DNA of 63,744 nucleotides, counting the filler, from Octopus bimaculoides (taxonomy: Eukaryota), in assembly GCF_001194135.2 (NCBI RefSeq). It is 5 parts of 5 records of this genome, joined end to end, with 100 filler letters (N's around TTAATTAATTAA, not from the genome) between each part and the next. Parts side by side here need not be neighbours in the genome. Positions count along the whole stretch, not along the records: positions 28,047 to 57,261 come from NC_068981.1; 4 more parts are not named here. One strand, 5' to 3'. Shown one piece after another: positions 37,484 through 50,203 of the stretch (position 1 is the first letter of the stretch; each line of letters opens with the position of its first letter). The translations under genes were made by a program, and so were the position numbers. A model generated the notes under the pieces. That model saw nothing but the letters and a program-made list of their open reading frames with translations. It was not told where the DNA came from and searched no databases.

Positions 37484-38643
37484 GTAAGTATTCATAATAT
37501 TTTCTCAATGAAGTAAAATATTCTGTTGTCCATATCAGAGGGTAACGCTGTATACCCTAATCCTGTAGCATGTGTTGATTGTGTTGCTGTTGATTAATGC
37601 CATATCAGTTCTGATCAAGTAGTCATATAGCCAAGACATTCATGTAGCGTCCGTTCCGTCTACGTTCTTAAGACTTAATGTTCTTTAGACTCTGATATTT
37701 GGTCCAGAATTTTATATCTAGTCATATGGATTATGCACGCAGAACATTATCGTTGGAGAGAATAATAATGGAACATTTTTATTTTAAAATTATACTTCTC
37801 AGCTCTTGGCCGAAAAACAATGAATACCGTATACCTCGTGTACTGCCATACAGATTGTAGAAATTTGATGGTTAGAAACATAAATAATTGAAGCAATTGT
37901 AAATTAGTAAAGTTTTGCAAAACAGTTGTGCTTTCTTTGAAGATAAATGTTAGGAATAAATGTTATTTTAGATCGTAAATTTGTTTCGTTTTGTCAGCAT
38001 ATTTATCAATACCAACTGGATCATATTCGTGGATATAACAGTTCTGAGTGAATCGAGCATTTCTGTATCAATGGCGGACTATCATGAACTCCTTAGATAT
38101 CCAACATGTAATACATTTGTGTTGTGAAGTGTATTTTAGATAATAATAAAACTGTACTTCTGAACTTCTGAACTTCTGAAGGTTGTTGATTTGAAATACA
38201 TGCGGCCCTTTGAAATAAATCTTACCACTGCCAACACCACAAGCAACAATTACAATGATAAAAATAACAATTAAATATCATTTGCATCTTTCAATGAACC
38301 AATCGATTCTGCTTTGATACATGCGCATCAATTCGCATAGATGCGTGCATGCGCAATCAAAAGGCAATAACGCTTAAAAGTGTGGGATATACACTTACAA
38401 ATACACACGCACAGACACACGCACTCAGGCTCACACACACACACACACACACACACACAAGCTCTATATTTCTCTCCCCCACAAACACATAAACGCGCAC
38501 ATGTATAAACTANNNNNNNNNNCCACAAACACATAAACGCGCACATGTATAAACTAATGAATTATATTATCATCACATGCATTCATATACAAATTTCGTC
38601 GGCAAGCTTAACTGCTTCCGTGGTTATAGCATATATCTATTTC

Positions 38644-38872
38644 TATTATTGCCCACAGGGGGCTAATCATCACAGAGGAGACAAACAAGGACAGACAAAG
38701 GGTTTAAGTCGATTACATCGACCCCAGTGCGTAACTGGTACTTAATTTAATCGAACCCGGAGGATGAAAGGTAAAGTCGACCTCGGCGGAATTTGAACTC
38801 AGAACATAACGGCAAACGAAATACCGCTAAGCATTTCGCCTGGCGTGCTATCCATTCTGCTAGCTCGCCGCT
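38644..38872 (-). mobile_element. SINE family D, full length, LINE-type tail
   Basis: Close match to 7790-8024. Confidence 0.88.
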
Positions 38873-40619
38873 CTGCGTGTATAGCATATATTGTTTTCAT
38901 AATCTACTAATTTTGTCTGTGGACACACATAAAGTGCATTGTTTCATTGAAGCAGGTTTAGTACAACTAGAAACTGACCGGAACGATCACTCATTTTTCT
39001 AACAACGGAAAGATAAAGGCATTTTCATGAGGTCATTTAGCGGCTGCTCTACAACGTGGGTGAAAACGGAATGCTTATAATAAAATTTGCCGTGCATAAT
39101 AAAAGTATACAAGTGTAAGCGCTATTTACTATGACGAATCAATAAAGACGTCTCACTTTGCTTTTAATTGTAGCTACAAATAGCAAGCACATGTCACTAA
39201 AATCTTAATACACCATCTTAAATAAATAAATGTGTGATATCCTAGTTAGTGTTCACAGCACATATTCGATTGTTTAGTTCTACACACATCATATATGAAT
39301 GAAAAATTGAAATGGTTGTGTTTAAAACATCTTTCAGCTTAGGTTTGCTTAATTGGTTTTGAACTTCGTTTAAACCAAGATGATACCAAGTACCCTTGAA
39401 GGTAAATGTATCTCTACAGTTAATCGCTATAAAAATACAGAAAAGACAACTCAGCATCGTATTTGAGCTTAATTCCACTGAATCCATTATAAATCAACAT
39501 ACCTATACACTTATTCATCTGAACTTGCCCCTATCAACTTAGCTGCACTATCACATATTCACAAATTCATCTGCCTATATATCTATTTATCGGTCTATCT
39601 CGGCATCTTTGTATTTTACTTTCGTTCTTTCTACGTATCTGCCAAAAAAGTCTACCTTCCATGTCATGACATCTATCAATATGATTAAGCGGTAAAACCT
39701 ACCTAAATAAACAAGAAAACTATATTTGCTTATTGTCTGCCAAAATATTCTGACCTGTTGAAAGACTTTTCTAATATACTAAAGTGTTGGTAAATGATCA
39801 AAGCCACGAGAAATGCTTTATAGCCACAACATTAATCGGTGTGTTCTTTCGTTTTACAACAAGTTAACGTGCAATTGAGGAGAGATTGGACCGCTATTTC
39901 AAGACGGTTATATGAGCGCCGTGAGTTGCATATTAGGAAGCATTCTGTGGGTTTCATATCTTCGCTAATTCAGTAAATCATGATCGAAAGGCTTTTCATG
40001 CGTAACTAACACCTCTGACTATTTAAAACTATATTGTGTAATGTGTCTCTCCATTTTTACGCAATAGACTGATTTGACAGATAGTTTGGCTGTTTCTAGT
40101 TTGAACAGCATGAATGTTCCTTGGCTGCTTGTTGCTATGTTTGTTTTTTCTGCCAAATAATGCCAGCCACTTACTACTATCAAATGTTTAATACTTCTAT
40201 CATTTTGTATTGTACTGTTAGGTTAGCGACAAGTCAACCTTTTTCAAAGTTACTTCTTAGGTTAATATATGTTTAGCCTACCAATTAGTATATTTGGCTC
40301 ATAGTTATAAAGTCCTCGCCTCAAATCCTGCAATAGCCGGCGCGTTTGTGCCGTTTTGCAAGCCATATTTGCTACATTCCACTGTACTACAATGAATACC
40401 ATCCAGATGCTGATAGAGCCCCGTTCAACCTCAGCCTATAACATCCTGGACGTTCTGCTGGATGAAAGGGCTTGTGTCCACTTGCGACTCCCGAAGCACC
40501 TAAAACAAACAGTAAAATTAGTCTGCATTCGCACGCTAGTGGCAGCTGGCCGTGAAATGCCCCAATATAATGGTTTCAAATTTTGTCACATGGCAGCAAT
40601 TTTGGAGGAGAGGATGAGT

Positions 40620-40784
40620 CTATTATATCAACCCCAGTGTTTAACTGGTACTTATTTTATCGAACCCGATAGGATGAAAGGAAAAGTCGACCTAAGCGGA
40701 GTTTGAACTCAGAGCGTACCAACGGGCGAAATACAGTTAAGCATTTCGTCCAGCGTCCTTACCATTGTGCCAGCTCACCGTCTT
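40620..40784 (-). mobile_element. SINE family D, 3'-truncated
   Basis: actggtacttattttatcgaacccgataggatgaaaggaaaagtcgacc...ccagctcaccgtc. Confidence 0.8.
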
Positions 40785-41443
40785 AAAATGTCCCAGTATA
40801 ATTATTGCAACAAGTAAAAGAATGCTGTATTGCTTCAGTCAGGTTCATACACCATTGCACTATTTCAATATTCCATAGAAATGTAATTATTTATGTACGA
40901 ATACGAAGTTATTTTAAAAAATTTATTTATATTCTCATCGGTATATTACTCTAACAATTCAGCGTGTGTTTTTCACTGAAATTTATGCAACTGAATGATG
41001 TTAGCTGGTATAATGAATATGATTCACACTAAGTGTATAAACACAAGCAGACAATGAAAAATAAACTGATTAAAGCGCAGATGTGAACATGAAAGTTTTC
41101 AGAACGAAGAATATTCATTAAGTTTAGACGTCGTTACACTCGAAAATGATAAACAAATATCTCCTGAATTAAAATTTGACCAGCTTATACTATATACTTT
41201 AAATAAAATATATTTATAATTTCCTATGAACCTTTGATATACGGACGTAATTATAGAATTTAATGGGAATCTATAGATTTCCAGAATTGTAGTAAATCAA
41301 CATTACAAAGCTGTGATATATATTTTTTTATTTTTTCTGTCTACGAAGCTCTTAAAATACGAAAGAAAATATTATGATAAATGATTGCTCATTTAATAAC
41401 TTCTTTGTTTATTTATTTGTATTGTTATTTGGACTTTTGGCAG

Positions 41444-41574
41444 GCATTCCTGTGGTGATAACAGCTTCGTGGTCAGTAATAATGCATTATTATCATAAAG
41501 AAAAATGCTGGGAAAAATACACTGCACTTCCGTTTATCTTCATTATTTACGTCCCGATCATTGTTGTACTGTTG
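41444..41574 (+). CDS. Exon of a class B1 GPCR: TM4-ECL2-TM5
   Basis: ggcag|GC ATT...TTG|gtaaga, 131 nt (phase 1 to 0). Encodes (G)IPVVITASWSVIMHYYHKEKCWEKYTALPFIFIIYVPIIVVLL with the ECL2 CW motif; joins the previous exon in frame. Confidence 0.93.
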
Positions 41575-41806
41575 GTAAGATATAGACTTTATTACTTTAA
41601 AACAAGTCAATATTCGACACAAAAGGTAGACTTTTCCTTTGCAGTTAAGCAATTCAGTTTGCAATAAATTTTTTCCAGGTTCTGTACTCCAGTGCGGTAC
41701 TGAGGTCGATTACAAGGTTTACAGTAAACGTACAGTAAGCATTGTGAAAAGAAGTTATTTGGAAGAACATGCATGTATGCAAGGCCGTTATGTATATAGG
41801 TACAGT

Positions 41807-41845
<39 letters not shown>

Positions 41846-42068
41846 ACACAGATATATTTATGCAAACATATATTATGTATACATACACACACACATATAT
41901 ATACACACACATATATATAAGTAATAATTTCAAATTCAGGTATACACCTTGTAGTATACTGTTTAAAGCCAATTTACTGTATGTGTGTTTATATATTGTT
42001 ATATATGTACTTCTATATAAATCTCACTCTATATATATATTTTGCGTGCGTGTGTGTATATGTACGAA

Positions 42069-42103
<35 letters not shown>

Positions 42104-42297
42104 NNNNNNNNNNNNNNNNNNNNNNNNNNNNNNNNNNNNNNNNNNNNNNNNNNNNNNNNNNNNNNNNNNNNNNNNNNNNNNNNNNNNNNNNNNNNNNNNN
42201 NNNNNNNNNNNNNNNNNNNNNNNNNNNNNNNNNNNNNNNNNNNNNNNNNNNNNNNNNNNNNNNNNNNNNNNNNNNNNNNNNNNNNNNNNNNNACACA

Positions 42298-43345
42298 CAC
42301 ACACTGGTTGGATAAAATAATGAAAACATCTTAAAATTTCAAACAGATTAATTTTAATATGGGGTAGGACCGCAGTAATTACAGCTTGAATTCTTCAGCT
42401 AAGACAGGCTCCAGTTCTTGTAGTGATGGTGGATGATATGAACTCCTTACTTGTTTTTCTAAAAGGCACCATAAGTGTTCAATAATATTGAGATCTGGAG
42501 ACTGTGGTGGCCAGATAAGATGTTCAACTTCACTAGAATGTTCTTCGTGCCATTCAGTGACAACTTTAGGTGTGTGAATTGGTGCATTATCATCCTGAAA
42601 GATTACGTTTCCCTCCGGAAACAGGTTTGCCACCATAGGATGAATTTGATCAGATAAAATGCTTAAATATTCTTGAGTATTAATTCTGCCAAGAAGGGCA
42701 GCCATTGAACCGGCGGATTTCCAAGATTTAGCGCACCCTGATCATCACAGATCCTCTTCCATGTTTAACAGTTGGAAGAAGGCAGTCTAAGTCATATGCT
42801 TCTTTTGGCTGTCTCTACAAGTCTACTCAGCCGGTGGTCGGAAATAAAGTAAAGGATGACTCGTCCGAGAAAATAACCTTCTTCTACTACTCTGGGACCA
42901 ATTGTATTGGTTTTTTACTCCAATCTAACCACATTTCAAGGTTTGTTTTTGAAAGTAGTGGTTTTCTGATTCCAGCCCTCCCGTGAAATCCGGCTTTGTG
43001 CATCTCCCGGTGAAGAGTTTTTGTAGAAACTGGGTTCTCGAGGTGGTGTGCAGTAATTTTGGGAGCTGTACTTTTGTGATCCTTTCTAACAATTTGCGTA
43101 AGATTTCAAACCTCCTTTTCTGAAAGTTTTGGTTTTCTTTCGAAGTTTTGTTTCGACAATGAGGTTTTTCCTTCTTTATCAAAGGCTGTCATTACTTTCG
43201 AGGCAGTACGTCTTGATACACCAAACATTTCGGCTGATTTCTTTACGCTAGTGCCTGCCATATGAGCACCAACAATTTGACCTCTTTGATGTCCGATAGA
43301 TCTGTCATTTTAATGAAATTTAATTACGTTTTTTAGCAAAGCATA
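42298..43345 (-). mobile_element. Tc1/mariner transposon, DD36E spacing; near full-length but disrupted transposase (43308 to about 42379), one TIR
   Basis: N-terminal MTDLSD/QRGQIVGAHMAG HTH region, VIFSDES, FQDDNAPIH...WPPQSPDLNIIE with 36 residues between D and E; TIR-like CACTGGTTGGATAAAATAATGAAAAC at about 42302. Confidence 0.9.
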
Positions 43346-43438
43346 TTAAGCAACACTAATAATAAATAAAAAAAATAATAAAAATAAACAAAACGAACAC
43401 AACGACCTACACACAGGCGTACATTCATACACACACAC

Positions 43439-43511
<73 letters not shown>

Positions 43512-43544
43512 CATACGTATGTATTCATATAATTTATGCTTCTT

Positions 43545-43675
43545 TCAATTTCCGTCCACTAAATACCCTCACAAGACTTCGTCGGCCCGGGTCCTATAGT
43601 AGAGGACGCTTGTTGAAGGGACTGAAACCAGGACTATATAGCTACGAATCAAACTTCTTACCCCGCTGCTACGCT
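43545..43675 (-). mobile_element. Degraded SINE family A 5' half
   Basis: ttctttcaatttccgtc...cacaag...gtcggcccg...tatagtaga...gggactgaaacc. Confidence 0.65.
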
Positions 43676-43695
43676 TGCACACCAAAGCGCCCAAA

Positions 43696-43726
<31 letters not shown>

Positions 43727-45508
43727 AATACGCACACATATCAGCAACTATTTGTTTTCTCAGGTTAGTCCAATGTGTACCTCTGTTTTATGGATATATG
43801 CACGTGTAAGTTTTAAAGTGATGAATGCTTCACTATATATTAACGAATTTATGCCATCGTCATATTCTAAAATTCTGCTCAATAATTTCTTAGATTACAT
43901 TGATTTTTCTAATACATGCACATGTCTTTCTTCCCTCTTTCTCTCATTTTCTCTCCTCCCCTCTCTTCGCACGCGAGCACGCTTATGGACAAGCGCGCAT
44001 GAAGTATACACATTGATACACATATAGTATATGCATATATATGTGCGCTGTGTGTGCGTATTCCTGTGGCTACTTACCGCTCTATTTGTTTTCATTGTGA
44101 CATATAAACAACTTCGTTTTAAACTGATTGCTTTAAAAGTGTTCTTTATAATATACATAAATTGAAGGAAAAATTAATACGTCTGTAGCTACTGAATCTC
44201 ATATTTTCATCGATTGATCGAGTAATTCTTTTTGGGTAGAATTTACCTCTAAATTGAATGGAGTCACCGTGTATTTGCAGCGAAATAAATTTTACCGCTT
44301 ACAAGTTGAGTAAGTAAATTGATTATACTGTGTAATACGACTTTTGTCCTTGGGCAGTAGCTGTTATTTCTTATTTGTCTATCCCTAAAACGTCGGAAAA
44401 ATGGCTAATATTTCCTTCAAACGTTTTTTACATATATTCAAAGCCCTAAGAATCCCTCTCAATACATGGCTAGGATTCTCCCTCCCTCAACTTCTGCCCA
44501 TGTTCAGCGATGCACATGTTGTCTGCCAATAATGGGCATACTCAAGTAGCTAAGCTCAAACAACTGACAAGCACATCTGAGGTATTTACTATAACAATAT
44601 TTCTGTTTCAGCAACTCGGTGCCGAATTTGTTTGGAATGTAATGGAAAATAAGTCAGTTTAAAAACATTGATGTTCAGATCGAAAAAGCAATGTTTAAAG
44701 GGAATAGTAGTCATTAACTTTGACTTTTAGATAGAAGCAAATAGCAAATAACACTGACCAAATACAAAAACGAACAAAACAAAAATGTGTTACACATTCT
44801 TATGAAACAATTTTATTACAAAGATAGACCTGACTCTTAAAACCTCAAAATGCTTACGTAAGATTTGTGATTAATAAATAATATGGAAAGTATATATATG
44901 ATATATATGATGTAAAACACGTCAAGCATAGATACACGCTTCGGAAGAAAGTGCGAAAGAAATATAATTCAGCATCTTATTAAATGTAAAGAATATCGAT
45001 TACTAAAAGATGTCGATATGACGATAGGTAAAATAGAATTGAGTTGCATTGTTTGAAGAAGCAATATAGGTTTAATCTTTTTTTAATGATTTCGTCAGCA
45101 TTTTATAACTAACTGTAAAACACATCTTGTTCAAACATTCAGTTACCTGCATTGTAGCACATATTGCATTTTAGAAGAGGTTATAGAATTCAAGTGTTGC
45201 TGTAGGTTTCTATAAGATATGAAATTTATTATATGAATGTTGCATCAAGAAATTTTTTTTATATATTCGTGGGAAGATCTGATCATGAGGAATTTAATAA
45301 AAAATTGAATCAACTTCACGACTGCAATGACATTTTTAAAACCTGTCATAGTAAAGCTTGGATTATACGAAAGCCAATAATGCACTTAGAATGTTTGAGA
45401 AATTACATATCTCAAAATACAATATGTTGTTCTTCCTTTTCTTTCATATGTTAGCAAATCTTTGATCTAACTCATGGATAACTGAAAAAGACTATTCTTT
45501 TTTACTCT

Positions 45509-46685
45509 AGGCACAAGGCCCGAAATTTTTAGGGAGAGAGCCAGTCGATTATATCGACCCCATCAAACAACTGGCACTTAATTTATCGACCCCAAAGGAT
45601 GAAAGCAAAGTCCTGTTTCATTAGGACTGCCGCCACCAACCACATAGGATCCGCTTCCGGTGGGACCCTTGTGATTTTAATTCTCGACATTCTCATCCCC
45701 ATATAGGTTGGGATGAGCGCCACGTCATCCGTTTTCAGCGTTTCTACTGAATGTCTTTGTGCAATTTCTTTGTTGGTAAACCTTACTTCCACTGTACCAA
45801 ATTTCCTGCCTCTTGTCAGATAAACCACGTCGGTCCAGATTGGCTTCATGCACTTCTCTATCTTCCCTTCTGTAATTCTCTCAATTTTTCTTTTTTGCAA
45901 ACAGTAAGTTTTGAATATTATTGCTTTCTGTTTTTCTTCTAATAGTAATTTCTCGGGTGGTTGTATTCTAATAGTAATTTCTCCAGTGGTTGTACCACGT
46001 TATCGTTTATTTGCATTATTTCACTGTATTTCATGAAATCACACTTATTCGTCGAAAGCAGCCGGGTTCTACCCCCAGCTGTCAACGCAAAACTCTCTTT
46101 TTCTGCTTTCGTTTGTGCAGTTTGGATGCTAGGTGCATCAATTATTCTTTTGGACACAATACTTTTTTTTGTTGGCAAACTCGGGAATTCTTCTAGTGAA
46201 TGTTCTGACGAGCTTTCAGACACATCTCCAAATAACTCATACATTTTGTTATTCTTTTTTGCAATGGGGGAATCAAAAATTCCATTTTCGGGCGAATCCA
46301 CTATTTCTTTGCTCGTAGTTTGCTTCTCGCCAGACAACATGTAATTCTTCGTTTCAACAGGAGCAACAAATATTTCTCCTCCAACGGTAGGTTCCTCGCT
46401 AGACGACATTCTTCTACCCCCCCCCCCCCCAACGGGGGAATGAACAACGCGTGCTTTCTACAAGCACTTAGTGTTTTCAAAAGAAAACTCCAACAGTTAC
46501 GAAATTCACCAACTTAACAAGAAACAGCAGTTATTAGAAATAGCAGTTATTATTAATAATAACACTAAGAAACAGCAATTTTCGCCACGAAGACATGTAC
46601 GACGCGTAAAAAACAAAAGAGAAAGACGAAATACCGCTAAGCATTTCGCCGGGCGTGCTAACGTTTTTCTACTCGTCGCCTTCTA
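45509..46685 (-). mobile_element. SINE family D split by a LINE 5'UTR-ORF1 fragment (about 45612-46610)
   Basis: SINE 3' part at 45509-45611 and SINE head at 46620-46685. Between them lie ORF 46409-45939 and frameshifted IFKTYCLQKRKIE...TRGRKFGTVEVRF...RVPPE, homologous to the 51 kb ORF1. Confidence 0.8.
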
Positions 46686-48026
46686 ACTGACAAAGAATAT
46701 TAAAATATCAATGACTGTATCTAGAAGCTATATTTCACCAATTATTGTCTCAATTGCATTGACAGTATACAATATTATTTACGCATGTCTTAGGATCGTA
46801 TTGCTTTCAATTATAGGATATCTTGATTTGTTTCTGCGTTATTCAATGTAATTCTGTATGGAAAATATATTGCACCCATCATTTAATAAAAGGTTATAGG
46901 CCTGGAAGGTATACACATCATTTAGAAACTGACATACTTAACACTTATAAACTGGGTGAATCTTGAGTGAAATGAAAAGCATAAACTTAAAGAACTGCGC
47001 GGGGGCATTTTTTCTTTATTTTCAAGAATTTTCACCTCATAATCTTGTCTTCGCTTCACTTTTTCGCATTCAGTATAACGAAAACATGTTTGATTGGTAA
47101 ATAGGGAAAACTTTTTATTTCTTTTACTTTTTATGAAATTACATTGAAATAAACTGATAAATGCATGGTCAAATATAGAGTAATATATATATAAAACAAA
47201 TGTACGCATTAAAAACTAATTTAGCTTAGAGCTAATAGCAGTTTCAAAAATCCGATATGAAGGAAGTAAAACCTACTTTGAAACATTGAACAATAAAAAT
47301 ATAATCTTAATTCAACTCTAAGGACAAAACATATATGTTTGTGCCAAGCACAATGTAATTTTGAAAATGCAAATAAAATAATCAACTGAATTCTTAATTA
47401 TTTTTATGAGAAAGCAGTATAGAGAAGCACCTACAGATATTGTGGTTAATAAACTTTATTCCAATTATCTAAGTGATACACTTCAGATTTTGTAAACAGA
47501 GTTCAAAATTAATAAAAGTTATATTAGAGAAGGTGTCGAGTATCAACATTAAATTATCTTATAAAATGGCTTTGAAAATACATTCAACCAACGCTACATC
47601 CTGATTTCAATCCCTGCAAAGCTTGAATAGTGTTTTTATTGCATAGTTGCAGTTGAAATATATACACGAATTATACACGTGTTTGCAACATAGATTTTTA
47701 AAGCTCTTGATTCGAGAATGCACACAAGATAATTATTTGGATATGAAGGATTACACATTAGATGTATAATAATTTATATGCATTTAATTACTAGCTATAT
47801 AGGTTTGATATAATTTTTTTCTTTCGTAATTTGATTAGAGATGCTGTTTGCAGAATATGAATTATATATAAAGGTGTTTAATTTGAGTTCCCTCACATAC
47901 GCAAAAACACATACATATGTGTGTGCATGCGTGCGTGCGTGCATGTGTTTGTGTTGCATGTATGTATGTATGCATGCATGCATGCATGTATGTATGTATG
48001 TATGTATGTATGTATGTACGCATGTA

Positions 48027-48602
48027 CAGGGTGCGATGAATAAATTGTCGTCTAAATAACGCATAAATGAAAATTACACTTACATGTCATTTTAACTTAT
48101 ATTTATCAAAATTACATAAAAATTTCTTGAAATACTAAAGAGTAAATTCATTCAATAAAATCGCCATTGATTTCAACCACAGACTCCAGGCGACCTCGGA
48201 ATCTCTTGCAACTTCTGGACGGTCTCCTTGTTTAAGTTGATGAATGCTGCCATAATCCTTGCCTTCAGTTCATCTTTTGTATTATTACAAGGAGATTTGT
48301 TGGTCTCTCGCCCAAATGCAACCCTACATATAATAATCAAGTGGGGTGAAGTCTAAGGAGTTAGGTGGCTAGATGTTAAGAGTGGTATGGTCGCAGCAAT
48401 TGTCTCACAGTCACGACTTGGTTTTCCCGCTTGTGTGGCATAGTACAGAGTCCTGTTGCCAGATACAATGTCTTCCAGCAGCCAGCCTCTTGACCCAGGG
48501 CAGCACTACCTCATCCAGGCACTTGATGTAGCCTCTGTGTAGAGACTGTGGCTGTGTGAGAAGATGAATGGAGACATAGTATCGCCATCACTAGTGATCA
48601 TT
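48027..48602 (-). mobile_element. mariner-like (maT/DD37D) transposon 3' fragment with a TIR
   Basis: TA|CAGGGTGCGATGAATAAATTGTCG terminus; WQQDS...PPNSLDFTPLDYY with 37 residues between the aspartates and three in-frame stops. Confidence 0.85.
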
Positions 48603-49626
48603 CTATCTGAGTGCTTGCCAACCCAAAACATATATTCCATTCGTTTTCAATTAACTAACCTTCCCTTGAAAATCGCGTCTCTGTGCGCATACACAAATAT
48701 GTTATGCAAATAGATATGTATGTGTGCATAATTATACACGCATATATACATACATCTAGCTCGATACAACTATATCTACTCCAAGCAAGCTACATTGTTT
48801 TGTTTTAGGTACCCTGATGAATTTCTTTTGGTTTCATTTCTATTTTCCCCTCTTAAACATGTGCCATACCAATGATAAAAAATTTTCCGCTTCTCACTCC
48901 AGCTCATGAATCGCCCTTTTTCTCGTTCCTTCCTGAGTTCGATTGTAGCCAGGTAGGGCACAGTGTATCTACCATAATCACAGAATATCCCACACTTATT
49001 GTAATTAATGTAGATTTCCAGCCTCATGCTTAATTAAGTACTTTATATTTTGTGTTGTTTATTTCGTAACAATATTCTATCTTATCCACATAATGTGCTT
49101 AGCTTTAGCGACATTTTTGATCAAAATCAAACTATATGTTTTGTCAACAAACATCGTAGATTTTTGTGTTCATATCCTATACAGCAGCAAATGATTACAT
49201 ACTGACAACATAGTAATCCACCAACAACATGAGCACAGTAGTTCTGTACTGCGTCGAAGTAATTTATTCTCAACTTTTAAAAGCACTCAGCGGGGTTTGA
49301 AATTCAGATGGATTTAGATATATATTACAGAAAATGTATATCATCAATTAACCGGCTTATTGAAAACAGGTTGACAAGTAAGAGATATAATAGACATAGT
49401 GCAATATCTTACTGATACATTAATTTTAACGCTAGGTAGTGTTCGACTAATCCAGCTAAATCTAATTAAAAGCTCTGTTACAAAATATCGAATATATTTC
49501 GCTTTCCCAATGTAAAAAACATGACACTCTACCAGTATAGATATCATGTATGATATTATATCACGATTCTCTCTCTGCTGGTGATTGTAGATGCAACACT
49601 TGATATACATACATACATACATACAC

Positions 49627-49662
<36 letters not shown>

Positions 49663-50203
49663 CACACACACACACACTCTCACACACACACACACATATA
49701 TATTAAGTGTATGATTTAACTTATTAATCAGAATTCAACAAATTCATTCATATTTATGAGACAAGGTATTAAAAAGGATTATAGTTTTTATTACTCATGT
49801 TGCTATACAATTTGTTTCGTACAGGAGGACAGAGATTACCATATTAGAAAATCCGACTTGTCAGAAAGTACTCGTCGGTAGCTAAGATAAAACCGAAAAT
49901 GACGTTAGAAATACATAGATATGGTGTTATTAATCATTTTGTAATGTGTTCTTGTTTCTCGTTCTTAGAGTCATGTTTAATTTTAAACAAGACCAAAAAA
50001 TATAAATTGGGTGCTGATATATATAATAATATTAAAATATTAAAGGGTGACATTCTCTCTAAAACTTTTTACACGCGAGGTAATTTGAATTTCTGTAGAT
50101 GAAGTAAATTAACTGGTGAGGCTGTATTTTTTACGATACGACCACCAGATAAAGATGTAATGAATTTTGAAATACAAAATACTAAGATTTCTATTTAACC
50201 GTC

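Noticed and set aside
41374-41667. 97-aa ORF as a standalone membrane protein
   Set aside because: Only 41444-41574 is bounded by splice sites and GPCR-like; the flanks are intronic read-through.
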